DNA of 32,000 nt. Source: Trichodesmium erythraeum IMS101. GTDB lineage: Bacteria; Cyanobacteriota; Cyanobacteriia; Cyanobacteriales; Microcoleaceae. Of the stretch, positions 19,935 to 26,589 are shown one piece after another (the stretch's first letter is position 1; each line of letters begins with the position of its first letter). The stretch spans positions 4,020,001-4,052,000 of the forward strand of contig NC_008312.1 in assembly GCF_000014265.1 (NCBI RefSeq), written 5' to 3'. The notes beneath the pieces are model-generated. The model did no database searches, was not told where the DNA came from, and worked only from the letters and a program-made list of their open reading frames with translations. The position numbers and the translations under genes were made by a program.

Positions 19935-20987
19935 ATGAAATATTTAATTCGCGTCTTTGGCTTAACTTTCCTGTCACTAACTCTGACAAACTGTTCCTTA
20001 TGTCCAAAAAAAATAGTCTCTCTACTAGAGCCTAGTATTTTAAGACTATTTTATACAAATAAACCCCTCATATCTGGAGAAACAGAAGCTTATAATTTAC
20101 TAACCCCAGCTCATGTGGTCAAAAAGGAAGGGAAAAATTTATTAGAAAATAATGATGGGAAAGTTGCGAATGTGACTAAATTAGAAATATTTCCGAGTAA
20201 TATAAATTTAGCTTTAGCAACTTTTGAGCAAACGGGAAAAAAATGTAACTGTAATGATCCATTGCTAAGAATAGGTAATTCAAACAGTTTTAAAACCAGT
20301 AGTTCTGTCTACACTTTGGGCTTTGCTCTTTGGGGTAGGCAGTTGTTATCAGAATTTGCTTTTGGTAGTGTTTATACTGAGGAACGTCGGCGGCCAGGCG
20401 ATGGAGTTTATGATCAAGCTTTGAGTGTAAGTGGAAACACTGAAGTGCCTGTTATGGATCAGAGGGTTAAGTTTATGGCAGCTCATAGAAAAAGTGATCA
20501 AGAACAAGAAATGGTCGAAAGTTTGGCTTCAAGACCACCAAAGTTGTCTGAGTCAGAATGTCAGAATTTCTTGGAAGCTGTATTTTTGGAGGGTAATATT
20601 CAAGGTTTGACTTTTTCCTGGGGTATACCTATTACTTTGAATTTTTTTCGGGAGTATTCTTCAAAGGCGATCGCTGTTGAGATACAAGAACAAGAAGTCG
20701 AGTTACCAGAACCACTTGAGGAGCACCGATGGAAAGAGGAAGAGGAAGAACGGGGTGAAATAGAACCAGAAGGACAAAAACAACTTCATAAGGCCGAATA
20801 TAAGGCCAGACAAGAAGAGCTAGTTGAAATACAAAGCCTACAACTACAAAAAGAATTGATGTCTGAAAAACAAAAGAAAAGGGCAACAATAGGTATCGGG
20901 AGCTTTTGGGTAGATTTTTTGATTTTCGGAGTAGGCCTCAATGCTCTAGTACTTTATGGCGTGTTTTCTTATACTAAAAAAGGATGA
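19935..20987 (+). CDS. degenerate trypsin-like paralogue (predicted pseudo-protease), lipoprotein signal, C-terminal TM anchor, no GUN4 domain
   Basis: The ORF track starts at TTG 19902. The in-frame ATG at 19935 gives MKYLIRVFGLTFLSLTLTNCS, matching the signal peptides of the two paralogues. The His motif is kept (LTPAHVV), the Asp position reads NINLALATF, and the Ser motif GMSGAPVVD is replaced by VSGNTEVPVMD. Confidence 0.6.
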   Translation: MKYLIRVFGLTFLSLTLTNCSLCPKKIVSLLEPSILRLFYTNKPLISGETEAYNLLTPAHVVKKEGKNLLENNDGKVANVTKLEIFPSNINLALATFEQTGKKCNCNDPLLRIGNSNSFKTSSSVYTLGFALWGRQLLSEFAFGSVYTEERRRPGDGVYDQALSVSGNTEVPVMDQRVKFMAAHRKSDQEQEMVESLASRPPKLSESECQNFLEAVFLEGNIQGLTFSWGIPITLNFFREYSSKAIAVEIQEQEVELPEPLEEHRWKEEEEERGEIEPEGQKQLHKAEYKARQEELVEIQSLQLQKELMSEKQKKRATIGIGSFWVDFLIFGVGLNALVLYGVFSYTKKG

Positions 20988-21197
20988 TTTCTCAGACAAA
21001 TATTTACAACATATTTAGAAATAACGAGATACATGGCAAATGGTAAAAGTATTTATCTGAGTCATTTTGATGGTAATTGATGTAACTTATAATAACGGAA
21101 ATAACTCTAAGTCGTTTTCCCTGTCTATAGAAAAAAATTTAGCTGCCACTCAAGTAATTAAAATTATTAGTTTAAAGCCTTAATAAGGCTCTCAGAC

Positions 21198-21252
21198 TTG
21201 GACAACAAAAAACAGTTGTTTTGTTGTATTTAAAAAAAAAATTAAATAATAT
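21198..21252 (+). promoter_or_regulatory. diverged copy of the shared promoter module upstream of protease paralogue 2
   Basis: CTTGGACAACAAAAAACAGTTGTTTTGTTGTATTTAAA aligns with CTTGACAA-N-AAAAA(G/A)TTGTTTTAT(A/T)TTTAA of the other copies. It has an insertion that spoils the canonical spacing. Confidence 0.3.
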
Positions 21253-21421
21253 TGGAAACATATAGCTATTTTTTAGATATAGTTTTATTATAAAAATAAT
21301 TAAAATAAAATCTAGATAAAATCTATATTAAGTTAAAATTTTCCGGATTTAAATATTTAAACCTTTACTAATAAAATGTTATTTGGTATAACCTTTCTGT
21401 CAACTAATATTCTTTAAACCG

Positions 21422-23224
21422 ATGAAATCTCTACTGCCTATTATCAGTATAACTTTCTTATCAATAACTCTGACAAATTTTTCTTCCTCTGTCAAAAAAA
21501 CAGAGGTCGAAGACATAGCTTCTCGACTAGAGGATAGTATTGTTAAACTATCTTATAAAAATCAACCAGGAGATGGAACTGGTTTTTTTGTAGAGGTGGA
21601 AGGAAAGTCAGAAGTCTGTAGTGTACTAACAGCAGCTCATGTTGTGGAAAAAGAAGGACAAAAAATCTTATGGACTGAAAAAGATGAAAAAGTCTGGGAT
21701 GTTGCTACGGTAGAAAGATTTCCTGGTAGTATAGACTTGGCTTTGATTACTTTTAAGCCACACACAAAAAGATGTAATTATCCCGCACTAAAAATAGGTA
21801 AACCAGAAAACCTGAAGATAGGTAGTTCTATTTTTGTTTATGGTTTTCCTCGTCTGGATCAACATTTAGTGGCCCAGTTTGTTGGGGGTCAGGTTTCAGC
21901 TTTGAAGAAAAAAGCCCGGGGTTATGGGGTTGCTTATAAAGCTTTGACTGTTGAAGGAATGAGTGGAGCCCCTGTTGTGGATACAAAGGGTGAGGTTGTG
22001 GCAGTCCATGGAAGTAGTAACTCTAAAATGGTGCCAAGTTTGATATCTCAGCAGATAAGTAGGCCTGATATAGAATGGCAGCTTGATCGGCAAACTTTCA
22101 ATAGAATTAATAATAGTAGTTTGACCTGTGCTTGGGGTGTACCTATTAATTATTTTCGGGAGTCTAAGTTTTATAATGCTAAGTTATATAGTAATCTTCT
22201 ACCTTTAGACTTGAATAAGTGGATACTTTCGATATTTTCCATTAGTGGGTTGATGTTTAGCTCTGGTATTGTTTCTTTTCGGTTCAAGCGTTTTCAAGCT
22301 TCACCAGTTTCGGGACAAGAACAAAATGAGCAGGAAAGAGAGTTTGAGGATGTAGTATTTAGGGGAGAAGAAGAGCACAGACCGTTGAGTTCCCCGGCAA
22401 ATATTCCGACTCAGCTACAAAATGAGCAGGAAAGAGAGTTTGAGGATGTAGTATTTAGGGGAGAAGAAGAGCGCAGACCGTTGAGTTCCCCGGCAAATAT
22501 TCAGACTCAGCTACAAAATGAGCAGGAAAGAGAGTTTGAGGATGTAGTATTTAGGGGAGAAGAAGAGTACAGACCGTTGAGTTCCCTGGCAAATATTCCG
22601 ACTCAGCTACAAAATGAGCAGGAAAGAGAGTTTGAGGATGTAGTATTTAGGGGAGAAGAAGAGCACAGACCGTTGAGTTCCCTGGCAAATATTCAGACTC
22701 AGGAGCAGCAAAGGCAAGGAGGGGTTCAGGTTCTTGAACCTCCGTCTTCTGTGGTTTCTGTGCCTCTGGTTTCTGCAGCTGGAGTTGATTATACTAGGTT
22801 GCATGAGTTATTGGTGGCTAAAAGGTGGAAGGAAGCAGACGATGAAACATATCAAAGAATGATAGAAGTGGCGGACCGGAAGTCCCAAGGATGGTTGAGA
22901 ATTGAGGATACAAAGAATTTTCCTAGTCAAGATTTAGGGATTATTGATAAGCTATGGCTCAGATATAGTAATGGTATGTTTGGTTTTTCTGTTCAGAAGC
23001 AAGTTTATCAGAGTTTGGGTGGTACCCAGAGGTATAATCCAAAAGTAGTAGAGGATTTCGGAGATAAGGTGGGATGGCGCCTGGAGGGAAAATGGTTGAG
23101 TTATGATGGTTTGACTGTGAGTGATAATTATTACAGGGGACACCTGCCGTGTTGTGGGAATGAGGGGTCTTTGTATGGCTGGGCAGCAGTTCTTTGGTCT
23201 CTTCTCTCTCATAAAGATTTGTAA
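21422..23224 (+). CDS. membrane-anchored trypsin-like serine protease with charged 32-aa repeats and C-terminal GUN4 domain
   Basis: 600-aa ORF. Signal sequence. Catalytic triad motifs LTAAHVV, SIDLALITF, GMSGAPVVD. TM helix (ILSIFSISGLMFSSGIVSF). 4 x 32-aa repeat. GUN4 signature VDYTRLHELLVAKRWKEADDETYQRM ... GWLRIEDTKNFPSQDLGIIDKLWLRYSNGMFGFSVQKQVY. Confidence 0.85.
   Translation: MKSLLPIISITFLSITLTNFSSSVKKTEVEDIASRLEDSIVKLSYKNQPGDGTGFFVEVEGKSEVCSVLTAAHVVEKEGQKILWTEKDEKVWDVATVERFPGSIDLALITFKPHTKRCNYPALKIGKPENLKIGSSIFVYGFPRLDQHLVAQFVGGQVSALKKKARGYGVAYKALTVEGMSGAPVVDTKGEVVAVHGSSNSKMVPSLISQQISRPDIEWQLDRQTFNRINNSSLTCAWGVPINYFRESKFYNAKLYSNLLPLDLNKWILSIFSISGLMFSSGIVSFRFKRFQASPVSGQEQNEQEREFEDVVFRGEEEHRPLSSPANIPTQLQNEQEREFEDVVFRGEEERRPLSSPANIQTQLQNEQEREFEDVVFRGEEEYRPLSSLANIPTQLQNEQEREFEDVVFRGEEEHRPLSSLANIQTQEQQRQGGVQVLEPPSSVVSVPLVSAAGVDYTRLHELLVAKRWKEADDETYQRMIEVADRKSQGWLRIEDTKNFPSQDLGIIDKLWLRYSNGMFGFSVQKQVYQSLGGTQRYNPKVVEDFGDKVGWRLEGKWLSYDGLTVSDNYYRGHLPCCGNEGSLYGWAAVLWSLLSHKDL
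22322..22705 (+). repeat. intragenic 96-bp tandem repeat x4 (QNEQEREFEDVVFRGEEEHRPLSSPANIPTQL)
   Basis: Unit starts at 22322, 22418, 22514 and 22610. Copies differ at only a few nucleotides (H/R/Y, P/L, P/Q codons). Confidence 0.9.
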
Positions 23225-23403
23225 ACTGTAAGATATAGCCGGAACTCAGGGTTTAGAGGTTGCTTAAGGTAAGAGGTGAGAAGTAAGGGGTTGATATTGA
23301 TGAGGGATGGCTTCACTTCGGTTATTAGCTAATGTTGTTCCAGTGTTTAAATGGCGAAAATGTTTAGATTTTTTAATTACTAAATAATAGAGCGATCGCT
23401 ACC

Positions 23404-23451
23404 TTGACAAATAGAAAAAATTGTTTTATATTTAAGTTAGATAAGTAAAAT
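23404..23451 (+). promoter_or_regulatory. sigma70-like promoter module upstream of protease paralogue 3
   Basis: TTGACA (23404-23409), 17-nt spacer, TATATT (23427-23432). A second -10-like TAAAAT lies at 23446-23451. Preceded by the extended HIP1 AGCGATCGCT at 23391-23400, the same layout as in the array units. Confidence 0.5.
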
Positions 23452-23561
23452 AGGAAAATATTAGGTCTTTTTTTTTAGGTGGCCATATAATTAGATAGTA
23501 TAAAATTGTCGGTAAAGTTAAAAAAAATCCTACTAACTCAAGTTCCCAACCTCCGAAGCTG

Positions 23562-25433
23562 ATGAAGTCTCTTTTTTCTATCCTTGGTCTAACTTTCCTC
23601 TCTGTCATTCTGACAAACTGTTCCTTATCTCCAGAAAAAATAGCTTCTCGACTAAAACCTAGTATTGTCAAACTATCTTATAAAAATAAACCCGGACATG
23701 GAACTGGTTTTTTTGTGCCTGGAGAACTAGGGGTCTGTACTGTACTGACTGCAGCTCATGTTGTGGACGAGGAGGGAAAGGTAAGGTTACGCACTGAAAA
23801 AGATGGAAAATTCTGGGATGCGGCTACAGTAAAAATATTTCCTCGTACTATAGATATGGCTTTGGTGACTTTTAAGCCAGAGACGGAAAAATGTAATTAT
23901 CGGGCACTGAAAATAGGTAACTCAGATAGTCTCAGGATAGGTAGTTCTATTTTTATTTATGGTTTTCCTCGTCGGGGTGGGGCTCTAGTTCCCCAGTTTG
24001 TTGATGGTAAGGTCTCAGCTTTGGATAGGTTGGCTCGGGGTTATGGGGTTTCTTATAGTACTTTGACTGTGGGTGGAATGAGTGGAGCTCCTGTTGTGGA
24101 TGGGAGGGGTAGGGTTGTGGCTGTACATGGAATGAGCGATGTTGAAATAGTTCAAAGTTTGGCTTCACAACAAGCAGGTTTGTCTGAGGATGAACGGCTT
24201 TTGAGTCAGCAGGCTCAGGAAAGTTTGAGGGCTGCTGGTGTTCAACGTTTGACTTTTTCTTGGGGTATACCTATTACTTTTTTTCGGGAGTCTAAGTTTT
24301 ATTATTCTCAGGTTTCTGGGTTGAGTTTGTGGATGTTGTTTTATGGTGGGGCGGTGTTTGGTGGTGGTGTTGTTTATTTTGGGTTGAGGTATTTTCAAGC
24401 TCCACGGGTTTCAGGAGAAAGACAAGGGGACTGGGAAAGGCAACTTAAGAATGAAAAACGGAGGCGAGAGGAGGTTGAGGGCAGGTTGAGTTCTCTGGAA
24501 AGTTCTCGGGCTCAGGCACGGCAGGAGTTGGAAAGGCAAATAGAATGGGAAAGGGGGAAAAGACGGGAGTTTGAGGCACTGCTTAAGAATGAAAAACGGG
24601 GGCGAGAGGAGGTTGAGGGCAGGTTGAGTTCTCTGGAAAGTTCTGGGGCTCAGGCACAGCAGGAGTTGGAAAGGCAACTAGAATGGGAAAGGGGGAAAAG
24701 ACGGGAGTTTGAGGCACTGCTTAAGAATGAAAAACGGGGACGAGAGGAGGTTGAGGGCAGGTTGAGTTCTCTGGAAAGTTCTGGGGCTCAGGCACGGCAG
24801 GAGTTGGAAAGGCAACTAGAATGGGAAAGAGGGAAAAGACAGGAGCTTGAGGCACTGCTGCAAAGTCAAGGGGAGGTTCAGCCTCGGGTTGTTGAGCCTT
24901 TGTCTTCTGGTGATGTGCCTCTGGTTTCTGCAGTTGGGGTTAGTTATTCTAGGTTGCGTGATCTATTGGTGGCTAAAAAGTGGAGGGAAGCAGACCAAGA
25001 AACATACAAAAGAATGTTAGAAGTTGCGGGCAGGGAGTCCGAAGGATGGTTTAGAGGCTCGGATATAGAAAATTTTCCCTGCCAAGATTTAGCCACGATT
25101 GACAAACTATGGGTAAAGTATAGTAGTGGTAAGTTTGGTTTTTCTGTTCAGAAGCAAATTTATCAGAGTTTGGGTGGTACGAATGAATGGGACGAAAAAG
25201 TCTGGACAGCCTTCAGTGATCAAGTTGGATGGCGAAAAAGGGGTCGTTGGTTGAATTATGATGAGATTTTCGACGAGACATCGCATTGTGTGGGCCTCCT
25301 GCCAGGCATCACACATTGTGACCTCGGCCTGACCGGTGGGCCTGGTCCTTTTGACCTTATTGACTCTTTAAGGATATTAAAAATGGTGGCCATTATTTTT
25401 GCTATTACTATTTTCTCGCGCAGAGACTTGTAG
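23562..25433 (+). CDS. membrane-anchored trypsin-like serine protease (lipoprotein signal) with 46-aa coiled-coil repeats and C-terminal GUN4 domain
   Basis: 623-aa ORF. Signal MKSLFSILGLTFLSVILTNCS. Triad motifs LTAAHVV, TIDMALVTF, GMSGAPVVD. TM helix (LWMLFYGGAVFGGGVVYFGL). 3 x 46-aa repeat. GUN4 signature VSYSRLRDLLVAKKWREADQETYKRM ... FPCQDLATIDKLWVKYSSGKFGFSVQKQIY. Confidence 0.85.
   Translation: MKSLFSILGLTFLSVILTNCSLSPEKIASRLKPSIVKLSYKNKPGHGTGFFVPGELGVCTVLTAAHVVDEEGKVRLRTEKDGKFWDAATVKIFPRTIDMALVTFKPETEKCNYRALKIGNSDSLRIGSSIFIYGFPRRGGALVPQFVDGKVSALDRLARGYGVSYSTLTVGGMSGAPVVDGRGRVVAVHGMSDVEIVQSLASQQAGLSEDERLLSQQAQESLRAAGVQRLTFSWGIPITFFRESKFYYSQVSGLSLWMLFYGGAVFGGGVVYFGLRYFQAPRVSGERQGDWERQLKNEKRRREEVEGRLSSLESSRAQARQELERQIEWERGKRREFEALLKNEKRGREEVEGRLSSLESSGAQAQQELERQLEWERGKRREFEALLKNEKRGREEVEGRLSSLESSGAQARQELERQLEWERGKRQELEALLQSQGEVQPRVVEPLSSGDVPLVSAVGVSYSRLRDLLVAKKWREADQETYKRMLEVAGRESEGWFRGSDIENFPCQDLATIDKLWVKYSSGKFGFSVQKQIYQSLGGTNEWDEKVWTAFSDQVGWRKRGRWLNYDEIFDETSHCVGLLPGITHCDLGLTGGPGPFDLIDSLRILKMVAIIFAITIFSRRDL
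24444..24857 (+). repeat. intragenic 138-bp tandem repeat x3 (LKNEKRGREEVEGRLSSLESSGAQAQQELERQLEWERGKRREFEAL)
   Basis: Unit starts at 24444, 24582 and 24720. Near-identical at the DNA level. Confidence 0.9.
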
Positions 25434-25603
25434 AGTATAACATAAAACAGTTTCAGCCGTCAAGGTAAAAAGTATTATCTCTGTTTTTTTAACGAGTTTT
25501 CTTGATTTGAGGATTTTGATACCTCACTGATCGCGGGATACCCGTGGGGATGGAATGAGTAGGGAAAAGGGTTTCAGGGGGAAAAGGGAAGGGAGAGAAT
25601 AAA

Positions 25604-25750
25604 CCAAAAACCAAAAACCAAAAACCAAAAACCAAAAACCAAAAACCAAAAACCAAAAACCAAAAACCAAAAACCAAAAACCAAAAACCAAAAACCAAAA
25701 ACCAAAAACCAAAAACCAAAAACCAAAAACCAAAAACCAAAAACCAAAAA
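25604..25750. repeat. heptanucleotide microsatellite (CCAAAAA)x21, STRR-like
   Basis: Read directly. Period 7, first unit 25604-25610, last unit 25744-25750, ending 6 nt from the stop codon of the transposase gene. Confidence 0.95.
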
Positions 25751-25756
25751 CTAATT

Positions 25757-26521
25757 TTACTGATCATCAAAAAATTGCATAGCCACCTCCGGGTCATAAC
25801 AATTAGCCAAAACCAACTGTCTGGCCACCTCCACCACCAAATTTGAGGGAAGTTCCCAGTCAGCCCAAGGGAGTCGCATTTGTCCTGGAGAAGCCTTATT
25901 TTTTTTCTTTTTTTTCACCTTAGGCAAAAACCTACTACCCCACCGACGGCGCCTTTGAGACTTAGGTCGAGATTTATATTTCCGGCAAAAGCCCCTATAA
26001 TTTTGAGCACATTCATCAAGAGTTTTTCCCAGAGACAAAAAAGCTGGATGCCACTGTGTCAAACCATCATCAGTGAGACGGTCATAAGTGCCATAGTTAG
26101 AAAAGTCATAGAAAAAGCCAGACTGGATATTAGCAGCTTTTGGGTTAGCATGAATATAGCGAAGAGTATTCAAAGCTCGTTTTTTATCAGTATTGTCAAA
26201 CCCGGTGCTGTGGTATCTTTTCTCCCAAAAATGCCCCGTACGGTTAAGCATCTGGTTAAAACACATAGCGGTATACCAGTTGAGCCAGTGCATAATTTTA
26301 GGTAGTTCTTGTGGTTGGGAGGGCTCTAGTAAATAATGAACATGATTACTCATAATACAAAGAGCATAAAGTTTAAAGGAAAATTTATCTAAAGCCTTTT
26401 TCAAAGCAAACAAAAATATTTGGCGACATTGGAGACGAGTCAAATGAAACTCTCGGTTATTGCAGCGAGAAGTAACATGATAGGAATATTGGGGGAAAAG
26501 TTGGCGCGGTTGTCTAGGCAT
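25757..26521 (-). CDS. IS200/RAYT-type Y1 (HUH) tyrosine transposase-like protein with basic C-terminal extension
   Basis: 254-aa ORF. YHVTSRCNNREF, HUH motif MSNHVHYLLEP, GHFWEKRYHS, catalytic-Tyr region LRYIHANP. Lys/Arg-rich tail (RRRRW ... KVKKKKKNK). No partner tnpB and no recognisable IS ends. Confidence 0.8.
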   Translation of the reverse strand: MPRQPRQLFPQYSYHVTSRCNNREFHLTRLQCRQIFLFALKKALDKFSFKLYALCIMSNHVHYLLEPSQPQELPKIMHWLNWYTAMCFNQMLNRTGHFWEKRYHSTGFDNTDKKRALNTLRYIHANPKAANIQSGFFYDFSNYGTYDRLTDDGLTQWHPAFLSLGKTLDECAQNYRGFCRKYKSRPKSQRRRRWGSRFLPKVKKKKKNKASPGQMRLPWADWELPSNLVVEVARQLVLANCYDPEVAMQFFDDQ

Positions 26522-26589
26522 TATCGGTTGTCAGTTATCAGTTATGAGCTTTTTTTTTTATTATTTATGAGTTGTGGCTAGTTGATCTT

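Noticed and set aside
20632-25316. Nine antisense ORFs of 65-88 aa inside the three protease genes (20632, 21896, 22607, 22952, 23432, 23953, 24165, 24411, 25107)
   Set aside because: All lie opposite well-supported domain-containing CDSs. They are Pro/Leu/Gln-rich mirror translations of the repeat regions and have no independent support.
25489-25797. ORFs of 102 and 69 aa reading FWFLVFGFWFLVFG...
   Set aside because: These are pure translations of the (CCAAAAA)n microsatellite on the minus strand. One also overlaps the 3' end of the transposase gene.
25880-26305. 141-aa plus-strand ORF inside the transposase gene
   Set aside because: It is antisense to a CDS with clear Y1/HUH motifs, has no recognisable domains and has a skewed composition.
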